Positions 18,976 to 28,508 of a stretch of DNA of 64,000 nucleotides are shown here, in pieces (the stretch's first letter is position 1; each line of letters begins with the position of its first letter). Below the pieces are notes generated by a model. That model searched no databases and had not been told where the DNA came from. It saw nothing but the letters and a program-made list of their open reading frames with translations. The position numbers and the translations under genes were made by a program. Source of the stretch: a virus. The stretch lies in the IMG/VR virus record IMGVR_UViG_3300032401_000001, positions 133,793-197,792 of that record, one strand, 5' to 3'.

Positions 18976-20276
18976 CAGATCGCCTTGTCCCCGAAGAAGG
19001 TGGCGGCCAGATAGTTCACGCCCATCGCACCTAGTGTAAGGTCATCACGAATGGTGACCTTCACGAAGTCTGTGGTCCCAGTCTTGAGATAGAGCGAGCC
19101 CGGTGCGAAGCGGTATGAGGACACCATGACCACTGTGCTACCCGCCGAGTCTACGACCGGGACTTCACCAAACGTCCGCAGGAAGTCCTCGTTGATCTTG
19201 ATGTTGTTCAGCGTGATGTTCGTACCGTTGTTGATCCGCATCTCGACCAAGATGCCCGTGGTAAGTCCGGCAGCGGCATTCTTGCCAAAGCCGATGCCCG
19301 ACCAGTTGAAGCTGCCCGCCGAGAACACGAAGCGCAGCTCGTAGACCTCAATGTCCTTGGAAGCGTCGGCGTTGTAGGAGAAGACGACCGGCGTGACTGA
19401 GCCGTTCACCTTCATGTTGTAGGAGCCTCCGGAGGTCTTCAGGTAGTCGGTGGCCAGGTTGGCGACGTCCGATGAACCAACGATGTTGACCGGGATGGCA
19501 GTCTGGTCGTTGGCCATGGTCACGGGGATGGACGAGGCCATCCCCTTCTGGCCCACCGTCGGAGCGGTGCTCCCGATCCACTGGGCGATGTTCTCCTGTG
19601 GCCGACCTGCCGTGTCCAGCAGGATGATCCGCTTGAGCCCGCCCCCATCAACGCCCGAGATCGAAACCGGGTTGGAGCTTGGCGCTACCCCGGTCGCTGA
19701 CTTGCCCGCCACATACTGGTGGTTCTGTGCGTCCACTCCCGCAACGTTGGTGTCGTCAGTGATCTTGACCCGGCCGATGCGGTTGTCGCCCGTCGGCAGC
19801 GCGTCAGTGATCTTCTTGACGCCATCCGTGTTCTTGATGAGGGCGAGCGTGTCTTCGGTCGCCGGGTTGATGTAGCTCCCACTGGCGTTGATGAGCTTCG
19901 CCTGCTCCTGGAGCCGGTAGACCGAGCCGTCGAGGACTACGCTAACCGGGTTCCCACTAGCATCGTAGAGGACCGCCTTGACCTTCTGGTTGCCGTCGGC
20001 CTGGCGGGTGTAGATGGTGTCCAGTACCGAGTCGATGTCGGTGAGTTTGCCACTCTCCTTGGCCGGGTCGCTGGGGATGTTGTCCGTCTTGGTCTTGATG
20101 TCGGCCAGGTTGCCGCCGGTCTCCTTGGCCCCGGTGTAGAACGCCGAGCCGTCGTGGAGGCGGGTGGCAACCTTGAGCAGCTTGCTGCCCGCGTCGTCGA
20201 TGACGCCTATGATGTTGCCGCCCTCGTCGCAGAGGGCGAGCTGGCCACCTTGGACCTGTGTGATCGTCAGCGGCAT
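18975..20276 (-). CDS. Virion structural protein (beta-rich)
   Basis: 433 aa; MKVNGSVTPVVF...IxE.RF domain; MA.SIPVT.A.DQ motif. Confidence 0.6.
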   Translation of the reverse strand: MPLTITQVQGGQLALCDEGGNIIGVIDDAGSKLLKVATRLHDGSAFYTGAKETGGNLADIKTKTDNIPSDPAKESGKLTDIDSVLDTIYTRQADGNQKVKAVLYDASGNPVSVVLDGSVYRLQEQAKLINASGSYINPATEDTLALIKNTDGVKKITDALPTGDNRIGRVKITDDTNVAGVDAQNHQYVAGKSATGVAPSSNPVSISGVDGGGLKRIILLDTAGRPQENIAQWIGSTAPTVGQKGMASSIPVTMANDQTAIPVNIVGSSDVANLATDYLKTSGGSYNMKVNGSVTPVVFSYNADASKDIEVYELRFVFSAGSFNWSGIGFGKNAAAGLTTGILVEMRINNGTNITLNNIKINEDFLRTFGEVPVVDSAGSTVVMVSSYRFAPGSLYLKTGTTDFVKVTIRDDLTLGAMGVNYLAATFFGDKAI

Positions 20277-20277
20277 G

Positions 20278-20799
20278 CTACACGTCCCTCGTGATGGCTT
20301 CGCCCGTCAGGTGCTGGCCGGTGTAGCTGTAGACGATGGTGATCTGCCCCAGCACCGTGACTCCGTTGGCCGCGAAGACCTTGCGGACTTCCTGCGTGAC
20401 GCGAGCCCCAGTGTACGTGTAGTCCACTTGCTTGAGCAAGGAAGCGTCGCTGTGCCGCTTCCACTGTTCCTGGTCGACCCGGTTGCCGGTGTAGGTGTTG
20501 GTGTAGTCCGTCGAGGGTGTTGGCGGTTCGCACTCCAGGTACAGGTTGATGAGGTCGCCAACGGCCGCGAGCTGGGTGAGGGTGTAGCCGCTCGGGTTGT
20601 TGGCGTCCTTGAACATCATGTCGTTGATGTCGCGCCAGATGACCGTGGACTCGTCGATGAGCCCAGGGTCATCCAGCACGATACCAGCGCACTCGATGTG
20701 GTCTTCTTCGGGGTTGAGCCCGGTGGGGACCTCGTCGTCTTCATCGCCACCGGACTCGATGGATTCGAGCTTCAGCGGCTTGACTCGGTCGAGGGCCAC
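20278..20799 (-). CDS. Virion protein
   Basis: GTG after AGGAGG; C-terminal YTYTGxRVTQEV repeats. Confidence 0.6.
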   Translation of the reverse strand: MALDRVKPLKLESIESGGDEDDEVPTGLNPEEDHIECAGIVLDDPGLIDESTVIWRDINDMMFKDANNPSGYTLTQLAAVGDLINLYLECEPPTPSTDYTNTYTGNRVDQEQWKRHSDASLLKQVDYTYTGARVTQEVRKVFAANGVTVLGQITIVYSYTGQHLTGEAITRDV

Positions 20800-20810
20800 A
20801 CCAGCCTCCT

Positions 20811-20851
20811 AAGAAAACGGGCGAGGCGAGTGCGAACCCGCCCCGCCCGTT
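20811..20851 (-). terminator. Rho-independent terminator
   Basis: AACGGGCGGGGCGGGT-TCGC-ACTCGCCTCGCCCGTT stem (with G.U pairs) followed by TTCTT. Confidence 0.7.
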
Positions 20852-20872
20852 GGGCTTCAGACTACTGCTGGA

Positions 20873-22822
20873 CTACGCGGCCTTCTTGCCGTAGTCCACG
20901 ATGCGGACGAAGAGATCGTCGGCGCTGAGGCAGATGCCGACCTGGATGATGCGCTTGCCGCCGTACCCTGTGGTGACGTCGGTGGTCAGGCCGCCACCGT
21001 TCTTGAGGTAGACCGGGACGCCAGGGCCGGCGCCGGTGACGCCCGTGACGGCGCCGATGATGACGCCGGTCACGACCACCGGGATGGCCGTGATCGTGGT
21101 CACACTGCGAGCCACGCCGATGACCCGGCTCTGGGCATCGGGCGTGGTGTTGGCCTTGTCGATCCGGTTGGCGGTGCTGGTGATGTAGACCGGATCGAAG
21201 GCGGCAACGGTGCCGCCCGTGCCGTTCAGCGGCAGCTCGACCTTGGGCGCCGAGGTGGCGATCAGGCTGCTGTGGGTGTGGAGGGTGTCGCAGTTGCTGG
21301 CCGCACCGTTCGTCAGGAGGTTGAGGTTGGCTGCCGTGACGGCGCCGCCTCCGAGACCACCAGGGGTCTGGCTGGTGGCCGAACCACCGATCTCGAACAG
21401 GTTGGGCACGCCCTTGACGCTGAGGCCCGCGCCGGTACCGTCGAGCTGAAGGGTCGTGCCCTGGAGCTTGATCTCCAGACCGAAGGTGCTGGACTGCTTG
21501 CGCTGGAGACCGCCGTTGGGGGCCACCGCCACGCGGAGCTTGCCACCGGCGGCGTTGGCGTCGAACTCCAGGCCCGAGATGCGCGAAGCCGTCGGAGCGC
21601 CGGCGCCCTGGGCGTCTGCGCCGTCGTCCAGGTGGACCTGGATCGAGGTGACCAGCTTGATGAGGCCCTGGTCGTAGGTGTAGGACGGGCTGCCCGAGAA
21701 CTGCGCCCAGGCGTTGGGCGTGGTGTCGGGGTTGATCGGGTCGGCCGTGATGCAGCTCCAGCCGGTGTCCTTGAACTTGGTGCCGTCCACGACGAAGACG
21801 TAGACGCCGGTGTGGAACTCGGTGGCGCTCTGGATGTCGCAGTCGGTGGCGCGGGTCAGCTTGAACTTCGCTCCGGCACCGTCACCCAGGGTGGTGACGG
21901 TGTAGATGCCGTTGTAGGGGGCGGGGGTGACCTCGTCACCGTACTCGGAGGCCACCAGCACGCGCTGGCCCACACCCGTCGCCGCGAAGGTGTGGCCGTC
22001 GATGGTGTTGTAGGCGACGCTGTCGGTCGGGGCTTCGAGGGTCGAGTTCGTCCCACCCGGACCGCCACCACTGGTGAAGGCGAAGCCGGTGCCCGTGGCC
22101 GGAGCCGCGACCGCGATGCCCGTCTTGCCCACGAGATCGCCGGGAGTGGTCTCGACGACGTTGGCCACGAGGACCCGCGACTTGGCGCCGGTCCACTTGT
22201 CGTAGAGGTCGATGTTGGTGCCGGCGAGGTTGACCCGGGCGTAGAGGAAGGTGTCGCCGGGACCGTATGCCGCCTGCATCGCGTTGTTGATGGTGGTCGC
22301 GACCGCCGCCAGGCTGGCCTCGGCGACGAACGTCACGGTGACGATGGTGGTGCTGTAGGGGTCGTGGACCTTGAAGTCGAACTTCTCACCAGCCATCGGC
22401 AGGGCGACACCACCGGCGCCCGCCCCAGCCAGCTTGGCGTTGGTGCCGAGGCCGCTGACGACCTTGGCGTAGACCCCGGCGTGGGGGTCGAGGCCCTGGG
22501 CGAGGGCATCGACGTAGGACTTGGTGACCGCATCATCGGGCTCGGTCGGGGTCGCCAGGTTGTTGATCTGGTTGTGCCCCATGTCCACGTCGCCAGAGAA
22601 CTCGGTCGTCCCCAGGAGCACGTTGTTCTGGCCATAGGCCAGTGCGTCCCCGGTGGTCGTACCGGGCGACAGCTCCGTGATCTTGTGGGAGTTCATGTCG
22701 ATTCCGGTACCGCCGACGGAATCGATCGAGAGCTTACCGAGAGTCATCTCGTCGGTATGCCCCATCTCCTCGTGGAAGCCTTCAGCTGAATCCATGAACA
22801 GGGGCTTGCGTGGTTGACCCAT
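20873..22822 (-). CDS. Head fibre/decoration-like protein
   Basis: 649 aa; TKSYVD..AQGLD motif, GQRVLV...NGIYTV...LTRATD domain, C-terminal GVPVYL...QVG domain. Confidence 0.65.
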   Translation of the reverse strand: MGQPRKPLFMDSAEGFHEEMGHTDEMTLGKLSIDSVGGTGIDMNSHKITELSPGTTTGDALAYGQNNVLLGTTEFSGDVDMGHNQINNLATPTEPDDAVTKSYVDALAQGLDPHAGVYAKVVSGLGTNAKLAGAGAGGVALPMAGEKFDFKVHDPYSTTIVTVTFVAEASLAAVATTINNAMQAAYGPGDTFLYARVNLAGTNIDLYDKWTGAKSRVLVANVVETTPGDLVGKTGIAVAAPATGTGFAFTSGGGPGGTNSTLEAPTDSVAYNTIDGHTFAATGVGQRVLVASEYGDEVTPAPYNGIYTVTTLGDGAGAKFKLTRATDCDIQSATEFHTGVYVFVVDGTKFKDTGWSCITADPINPDTTPNAWAQFSGSPSYTYDQGLIKLVTSIQVHLDDGADAQGAGAPTASRISGLEFDANAAGGKLRVAVAPNGGLQRKQSSTFGLEIKLQGTTLQLDGTGAGLSVKGVPNLFEIGGSATSQTPGGLGGGAVTAANLNLLTNGAASNCDTLHTHSSLIATSAPKVELPLNGTGGTVAAFDPVYITSTANRIDKANTTPDAQSRVIGVARSVTTITAIPVVVTGVIIGAVTGVTGAGPGVPVYLKNGGGLTTDVTTGYGGKRIIQVGICLSADDLFVRIVDYGKKAA

Positions 22823-22877
22823 CTTCTATCTCCTCTCGTTGGTCATGAGCTTTGCCCCTGTCCTTGCTCGGGGGAGG

Positions 22878-23336
22878 CTAGCTCGGGGAATCCTTCCGAA
22901 GATCCCGGATCGTCCGGGACTCAGGTTCGATGGACATCTGCGTCGGGTCGAGTCCGTACTTCTTGCCCAGGCTCTGCACGAAGTCCTGGTACTCGGCCTT
23001 CTTGACCGTGACCAGGTCCTGGTAGTACTTCCGCTGACCCGAGCGCTGCGTCTGCTCGTGCTGGAACTTGGTGACGTACTCCTTCATGTCCTGCTCGGCC
23101 TTGCCGAACTCCAGCTCGATGATGCGGATGCTCTGGAGGTGGTTCCGCAGCTCGGCATCGAGGGCGGCGAAGCGAGCCGCCTCGAGCTCGTCTACCTTCA
23201 ATACGCCATCTTGAGGGTTGACCGGCCCGTCAGGGGTGGTGGTGGCCTCCTGTGCATGCTTTTCGCACCATCCGTCACGAATGGCGGGCTTGCGACACTT
23301 CGGAGCGCTGCACTTCGGGGTCTTCATTCTGGCCAT
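22878..23336 (-). CDS. Hypothetical protein (N-terminal Cys/His Zn motif plus coiled coil)
   Basis: C...C......C.KH, then a long helix. Confidence 0.6.
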   Translation of the reverse strand: MARMKTPKCSAPKCRKPAIRDGWCEKHAQEATTTPDGPVNPQDGVLKVDELEAARFAALDAELRNHLQSIRIIELEFGKAEQDMKEYVTKFQHEQTQRSGQRKYYQDLVTVKKAEYQDFVQSLGKKYGLDPTQMSIEPESRTIRDLRKDSPS

Positions 23337-23393
23337 GGTGTCCTCTGTGGTGTTAGGTGGTCAGTGCTGGGTCTGTGATTTCTCTGCGCTTTA

Positions 23394-23401
23394 AGTATAG
23401 G
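23394..23401 (-). promoter_or_regulatory. Putative late -10 element CCTATACT
   Basis: Intergenic, 57 nt upstream of the ATG at 23336. Confidence 0.6.
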
Positions 23402-23426
23402 AGATCCGCGTCGACTTTCGTAGTCG

Positions 23427-23840
23427 CTAGAACGTGCGTACGCCTATTTGTAGGCAGGGAAGCAGATCGAGTACTGTAGGGCTTAGCGGTGTGCCGATCT
23501 GCTGTACGTAGCGAATTTCACCCGGCGCACTTGGCGTAGGGATCGGATTCACGGGACGACCGTTGTCACCGACGGTATAGGTTCTCTGCGGCACCAGCCC
23601 GGTATAGACGCCCAACACTGGACCCGAGAGCTGTACGATGCAGTCGGTGGTGCCCCACTTCTTGATGATGATGCCGATGGCGGGCATTCGACTACGTAGC
23701 GCGGGGTCAGCACGCCAGACACGGTAGACATCGCTGGAAGTGCTGCGGACTGCCACCAGGTCGCCGACTTGGTCAGTGAGCATGCAGAAGGCTCTGATTG
23801 CTGCGGACGCTGTGTTTGACTTGGAGGCCTGCAGCCGCAT
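23427..23840 (-). CDS. Stand-alone decoration/cement-like domain protein
   Basis: RADP...PAIGII......V...G....YTGL..Y..G..G......YVQ.IG pattern like the fibre end-domains. Confidence 0.55.
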   Translation of the reverse strand: MRLQASKSNTASAAIRAFCMLTDQVGDLVAVRSTSSDVYRVWRADPALRSRMPAIGIIIKKWGTTDCIVQLSGPVLGVYTGLVPQRTYTVGDNGRPVNPIPTPSAPGEIRYVQQIGTPLSPTVLDLLPCLQIGVRTF

Positions 23841-23862
23841 CGTCCGTCTCCGTCACAGCGTA

Positions 23863-24081
23863 TCACTTCCCGCGCTTGAGCAGGCGGACGAGGTTCCGTT
23901 TCGTAGCGTCGTAGTCGGCGTACGTCGAGTTCATGTACTCGCGTTCGTACAGCTTCAGATTCTCGGCGTCGATTTCGAACTGGAGGCACAACTGGTGGCC
24001 GTTGAAGCGATGCCCGGCGAGCGGGATGCCTTTCACGACCTTGATGAAGGTGGCCAGGTTGATGTCCGTGATTTCTTGCAT
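23863..24081 (-). CDS. Small DUF5659-like protein
   Basis: TDINLATFI...G..L.....L.F......L...Y....Y.....L pattern recognised by eye. Confidence 0.5.
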   Translation of the reverse strand: MQEITDINLATFIKVVKGIPLAGHRFNGHQLCLQFEIDAENLKLYEREYMNSTYADYDATKRNLVRLLKRGK

Positions 24082-24105
24082 GTCGTGTCCATGTTGATGG
24101 TCATG

Positions 24106-24120
24106 CTTTACGGCGTAAAG
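24106..24120. promoter_or_regulatory. Palindrome CTTTAC-GGC-GTAAAG (copy 4)
   Basis: Directly after the terminator U-tract and 25 nt before the ATG at 24081. Confidence 0.8.
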
Positions 24121-24156
24121 AAAAAGGCGCGTGGAGCTCAATGGCCCGCACGCGCC
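24117..24156 (-). terminator. Rho-independent terminator of the capsid operon
   Basis: GGCGCGTG...CACGCGCC stem followed by TTTTTCTTT. Confidence 0.75.
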
Positions 24157-24181
24157 CTCGGTGGCGACTGGCGACAAAGCC

Positions 24182-24664
24182 TCAGCGGGCGCGTCCACGT
24201 GGAACGCGGCCACCGCGTCCTCTCGTCGGTTCCTCACTGACTTCGGCGGATGGCACCGCGGCTTCGGACTCTGGCGCCGGTGCTTCGAGCTCTGGTGTCG
24301 AGACTTCGGACTCCGGTGTCGCGGCTTTGGGTTCCGGTGTTGGTACAGCGACCTCAGTCGGAGGAGCTGGGGGCGCGACCAGCAGCGGTTCCGGCGGTGG
24401 TGGCAGCGGTGGCGGCAGCGGTGGCGGAGGCGGCGGCGCGGTGACCATGGGGCTGACTGGGCTCGCGTCGACTACGGCTCCGAGACGTTCAGCACCGAGG
24501 CCATTGCCGATGTAGTTCTGCACCAAGGGGTGCTGGAACGTCCCGGCGGTGACGATGACGCTGTCGCCGGGCCGGGTGAAGAGCACCGGCATGCCGATCT
24601 CATCCGCGACCTGGGATAGGTCGAGGGCACCAGTGCCCTGCCACGTCAGGCGGTACTTGACCAT
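24182..24664 (-). CDS. Pro-rich protein downstream of the MCP
   Basis: Folded N-terminus, then poly-Pro and A.TPE repeats, with a basic C-terminus. Confidence 0.7.
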   Translation of the reverse strand: MVKYRLTWQGTGALDLSQVADEIGMPVLFTRPGDSVIVTAGTFQHPLVQNYIGNGLGAERLGAVVDASPVSPMVTAPPPPPPLPPPLPPPPEPLLVAPPAPPTEVAVPTPEPKAATPESEVSTPELEAPAPESEAAVPSAEVSEEPTRGRGGRVPRGRAR

Positions 24665-24739
24665 GTCGGCCTCCGGTACGCGACGACAGCCCGGTGCCGA
24701 GGCGCAGGGCTGCGTCGGGTACGTGATGCTCGCGCTGGT

Positions 24740-25657
24740 CTACGCGCCGGGGAGCGCGCCGACCTGGAACGCGATCGTGTTGCCGATGCCGATGCCCGGG
24801 GCCGCGTACGACCAGAACTCGATGACGTCGGCTTCCTGCTTGATGTACAGCGTGGCGTCCTGCAGCAGGAAGAAGTTCCCCAGGAAGTTCTCCGGCGCGA
24901 AGACGTAGAACTTCTTCGGGTTGAGGATGTCCGACTTCATCGTCGAGACGACCGGCATGCCCCAGAGCTTCTCTTCGGCCTCGATGCCCTGGTCGTAGTG
25001 GCGCGACGCGATGTCGTCGCCGACCATGGTCGCCGGCAGGTCGAGGGACTCGTAGTAGAGCTGCTTGGTCATCAGGATCTTGCCGACCGGCTGCCGCCGC
25101 GCGAGCATCGCCTGGAAGCAGGTGCGGAAGGCGGTGCTGTTGAAGGCGGGGGCCGCGGTCAGCTGGACCGCCGCGTTCAGCGCGACCAGGGCGTCGATCG
25201 TCTCGACGAACTTCTTGTCCTCCTGGTCCGCCATATCCTTCACCGAGTTGTCGGAGAGGATCTTGCGGATGTCGTTCTGGTACGTCATCAGCTCCCACTT
25301 GTTCTTGGTGAACCGCTGGCTCTCCGTCTTGCCGAACTTCACGGCGTAGCGGGGGCCGCGGAACCAGGTGCGGGGGCCGGCGCCCTGGAAGGTCACGAAG
25401 GTGGCCACGGAATCGGGCTCCTTCTCGACGATCTTCTTGGGCTGGTCCGTGTTCTCGTCACGGTCGATCTCGTCGTCCGCGAGGAGAATCGGGTTGATGA
25501 TCTCGCGGGCGAAGGACTCCTGACGGACCTTCGTGCGGATGAAGGCCGACCCCTCATCCTGTGCTTCCTTGACCCGGCCCTCTTCGAGCTTCCGGACGAA
25601 GTTCGAGTTGATGAGCTGGGCCGCGACCTCTTTGGTCTCGGTCATGTAAGCGGGCAT
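24740..25657 (-). CDS. Major capsid protein (HK97-fold, inferred)
   Basis: 305 aa; extreme codon bias; follows protease, scaffold and decoration genes; WGMPVVST and FLGNFF..QD...YI motifs. Confidence 0.8.
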   Translation of the reverse strand: MPAYMTETKEVAAQLINSNFVRKLEEGRVKEAQDEGSAFIRTKVRQESFAREIINPILLADDEIDRDENTDQPKKIVEKEPDSVATFVTFQGAGPRTWFRGPRYAVKFGKTESQRFTKNKWELMTYQNDIRKILSDNSVKDMADQEDKKFVETIDALVALNAAVQLTAAPAFNSTAFRTCFQAMLARRQPVGKILMTKQLYYESLDLPATMVGDDIASRHYDQGIEAEEKLWGMPVVSTMKSDILNPKKFYVFAPENFLGNFFLLQDATLYIKQEADVIEFWSYAAPGIGIGNTIAFQVGALPGA

Positions 25658-25742
25658 GGTTTCCTCCGAAGCCTTAGCACCGGTTCCCCGGCGCCTTCTT
25701 GTGGTTCAGCGTACAACACGAATTGGGTCGCCCTCGCGTCCG

Positions 25743-26207
25743 CTAGGCGGACACCACTACGGTGCCCTTGGTCGCCGTGCGGTCCTCGAGCACGAAGCCG
25801 ATGATCTGCTTCGTGGCGTCGGGGGTGGCCAGCGAGGCGATCTTGCCAGCGTTCATCGTGACCGGCACGCCGGGCGTGTAGGTGCCCGTGTCGTACTGAT
25901 CGGTCTCGAAGATGATGCCGGTGCCCAGCTTGGCGGCGGCGCACTTCCCGACGAACTGGCCGGAGAAGTCGTCGTTGCCCTCGACCACCAGCCACGGCTC
26001 CTTCGGGTTCGCCGAGGTGATGTTCGGGCTGGTGGCCTTGTCGACCACCGTCTGCCCGGCTTGCAGCTCCTGGGTGACGATGGTGCCCCCGGGCAGGGCC
26101 ACCGGAACGGGCGGCGAGCCGCCGGTCTTGATGGGGAACGGCCACGTCAGAGCACTGCCGTTCGGGTAGCCGCGGAGGATGTCGAACTTCGAGTTGAGCA
26201 GCGACAT
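25743..26207 (-). CDS. Head decoration protein
   Basis: 154 aa directly upstream of the MCP; YTPG..VT...GK.......IIGFV cement-type pattern. Confidence 0.7.
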   Translation of the reverse strand: MSLLNSKFDILRGYPNGSALTWPFPIKTGGSPPVPVALPGGTIVTQELQAGQTVVDKATSPNITSANPKEPWLVVEGNDDFSGQFVGKCAAAKLGTGIIFETDQYDTGTYTPGVPVTMNAGKIASLATPDATKQIIGFVLEDRTATKGTVVVSA

Positions 26208-26257
26208 GTCGATCTTTCTCCTTGTCGAACGAGGGGGCGACCCTCCGTTTCAGCTTG

Positions 26258-26668
26258 TCAGCTGTTGATCCAGTCGACGAAGCGCTCGTCGGCATCTTCG
26301 ACCGCCGCGCGCTTCTCTTGACCATCGCGGTACTTGCCGGCCGTGGGCGCCGGGGTGCTGCGGTCGTTGCGGTCGTTGCGATCGCTCGGCGTGCCCATGT
26401 CATCGGGAGCGCCACCGGAAGTGCCGGTCGTCTTGGCAGCGATCTTCTCGAAGATGGCGAGCAGGTCCTTGTCGGACGCGGCGAGCTTCTCGACGCTGCC
26501 CGGCGGCAGTTCTTCACCGGTGGCAGCGGCGTACTTCTCGCTCAGGGTCTGGGCCACCTGGCGCCGTTCGCTGCGGATCGTGTCTTGCTGACGGCGATCC
26601 TCAGTGTCGAGGTAGTCGGCGGTCTTCTCGAGAACTGCGGCGGTTCGCCGCATCAGCTCGCTGGACAT
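26258..26668 (-). CDS. Scaffold/internal head protein (start MSSELM)
   Basis: TGATG overlap; four K-x-A motifs (EKTA, EKLA, EKIA, EKRA). Confidence 0.7.
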   Translation of the reverse strand: MSSELMRRTAAVLEKTADYLDTEDRRQQDTIRSERRQVAQTLSEKYAAATGEELPPGSVEKLAASDKDLLAIFEKIAAKTTGTSGGAPDDMGTPSDRNDRNDRSTPAPTAGKYRDGQEKRAAVEDADERFVDWINS

Positions 26669-26832
26669 CAGCCATTCCTCCCGAGCTTCCGCTTCATCAG
26701 CGTCAGCCCGACGATGCTCCGCACCCACAGCGCGCTCTTGACGAGCTTGGCCTGGTCGTGCTCATCCGCCTTCTGGCGCAGTTCGGCGGCCAGCTTGCGG
26801 AGGTCCGCCTGGGGGGTGGTCAGCTGTGGCAT
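26668..26832 (-). CDS. 54-aa head protein missing from the ORF track (MPQLTTPQADLRKLAAELRQKADE...)
   Basis: GAAGG before ATG; its stop overlaps the next ATG; RKLA and VKSA motifs. Confidence 0.6.
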   Translation of the reverse strand: MPQLTTPQADLRKLAAELRQKADEHDQAKLVKSALWVRSIVGLTLMKRKLGRNG

Positions 26833-27056
26833 CGCGTCACGAAGGCGTGGAGATCAGCGTAGGTGATCTCCGGGTCGTCGTCCACGTTCCGAAGTTCGGT
26901 CGCCAGTTTGCGGAGACCGTCGGTAACGTCACTGCTGGGCTGAATGGCGGCCTGCAACAGCTGCCGTTCGGCGTGCTTGATCATGCCCTCGGCGGCGACG
27001 GTACGGAGCACTTCCGCCGCCGCGTCCTTGATCGAGGGGTATTCGATGCGTGCCAT
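26820..27056 (-). CDS. Small internal head protein
   Basis: 78 aa; IKDA, IKHA and RKLA motifs. Confidence 0.6.
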   Translation of the reverse strand: MARIEYPSIKDAAAEVLRTVAAEGMIKHAERQLLQAAIQPSSDVTDGLRKLATELRNVDDDPEITYADLHAFVTRCHS

Positions 27057-27071
27057 CCCGTTGGTCCTCTG

Positions 27072-27779
27072 TTAGTAGCCCTGCCCGGGAACGAGGGACG
27101 GGTACATGCCGGGCATGAGACCGGGGCCACCGCTGCCGGCCAGTTGTCCCAGACCACGGATGACGTACGGTGCTGCTAGTCCAGTCGCGGCCCCGGCGCC
27201 GAAGGCGACGTTGCGGTTCTTGGTCTGGGCCGCGTGGAGTTCTTCTTCTGAAGGTCGGCCCATCAGGTAGCCGCCGCCGGCCGCCGCGGGGACGCCGATG
27301 GCGGCGGCGGTACCGAGGGTGCGCAGGCGACGGCCACCTTCGCGTTCGGCCATGCCACGACCGGCGGCGACGCCACGTTCAGCGGCGCGACGCTTAGCAG
27401 CACGTACCAGTTCGTTGGCCGCAGAACTTTCCATCGTTTCTACCGGTGGCGCGGCCGGTGGGGCGTAGCCTTTGCCACTGACACGAGCGGCGGCCGATTC
27501 TGCTGCGGGTGTGGCTGAACTTGTCGGCACGGCGGACCACGCACCGCGGGTTGCGGCGGCTGGTCGCGCGGCGGCTGCGGCCGCGGGAGCGGCGGCGGCT
27601 GCACCACGCCCCCCGGCTTGTTCCGCGGCTTGGGCCAGCGGGCTCTTCGTGAAGAAGTTCCCGACGGCGCGTGCGGCGCGGCCCATGAACGCCGGGAGTG
27701 CGCCTTGCTTTTCGAGCGTCGCTTGCGCGTCGCGGAAGAGGTCGCCGTAAAGGGCGAGTATGTCAGGGCGGTACGTCAC
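27072..27779 (-). CDS. Ala-rich putative ejection protein
   Basis: LEKQG motif; two Gly-rich hydrophobic segments. Confidence 0.6.
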   Translation of the reverse strand: MTYRPDILALYGDLFRDAQATLEKQGALPAFMGRAARAVGNFFTKSPLAQAAEQAGGRGAAAAAPAAAAAARPAAATRGAWSAVPTSSATPAAESAAARVSGKGYAPPAAPPVETMESSAANELVRAAKRRAAERGVAAGRGMAEREGGRRLRTLGTAAAIGVPAAAGGGYLMGRPSEEELHAAQTKNRNVAFGAGAATGLAAPYVIRGLGQLAGSGGPGLMPGMYPSLVPGQGY

Positions 27780-27785
27780 GCGTTC

Positions 27786-28445
27786 CTAGCGCCGCCCCTG
27801 CGCGGCTTGCTGCCGCAGGACGTCGTTGATGGTCACCGCGCCGGCCTTGTAGCAGTCGGCGGCCAGCTTGTGGACCTCGGTCATGGTCTCGTTGTAGCCG
27901 CGCGCGAAGTCGTCCTGCGCTTGCTTCTCGAGCCCTTCCCACTGACGCTGGTAGCCGAGGGAGTAGGCCTCCTTCACCAGCTCGGGGTTCGCCTCGGCGA
28001 ACTTGACGAACGCGGGGTCTTCCGCGGCGGTCTTGATCTGCTCGACGGCCTGGTCGACGTACTGAGGCTGCGCAGCGGCGGCGGCGTGCGCGGCGGCGGT
28101 CTTCACCTGGGGCGGCGCGACCTGGAGCGCGGCGGCTTCGTACTCCGCGAACTTCGCCATGAAGCCGTCGCAGATGGCCGCGCCGTAGACCTCCGACAGC
28201 TTGATGAGGCGCTCGTGCTCGGCGTTGCTGAGGTCTTCGGCGATCTTCAGCAGGTCACCGACCGGCGCGTTGGCGGGCGCCACGGCGGACGCCGTCTTCT
28301 CTTGGGTCATGACCGTGCGCAACACGTCGCGCAGAGCTTCGGGTGCCGTGCCCGTACCGTTCGTGCCGGCGGCGGCGGTCTTCACGCCGGACGACGACGT
28401 CTGCGTGCTCTGGTCGAGACGGTGCATGATCTGTGCGAGTTCCAT
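27786..28445 (-). CDS. Scaffolding protein (start MELAQ)
   Basis: Helical; lies between protease and MCP; about nine or ten K-x-[AS] motifs; SD GGAGAGG. Confidence 0.7.
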   Translation of the reverse strand: MELAQIMHRLDQSTQTSSSGVKTAAAGTNGTGTAPEALRDVLRTVMTQEKTASAVAPANAPVGDLLKIAEDLSNAEHERLIKLSEVYGAAICDGFMAKFAEYEAAALQVAPPQVKTAAAHAAAAAQPQYVDQAVEQIKTAAEDPAFVKFAEANPELVKEAYSLGYQRQWEGLEKQAQDDFARGYNETMTEVHKLAADCYKAGAVTINDVLRQQAAQGRR

Positions 28446-28470
28446 CGTGGCCCTCTCCGTTCGCGGCATC

Positions 28471-28484
28471 CCAATGATAGGACG
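28471..28484 (-). promoter_or_regulatory. Putative late promoter CGTCCTATCATTGG
   Basis: Identical 14-mer also at 38897-38910; both lie upstream of head genes. Confidence 0.65.
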
Positions 28485-28508
28485 CCTGTTCCCGTAAAAC
28501 AAGCCGTG

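Noticed and set aside
24182-24664. Poly-Pro/GGC repeats as a functional DNA repeat array
   Set aside because: Explained by the low-complexity Pro-rich linker they encode
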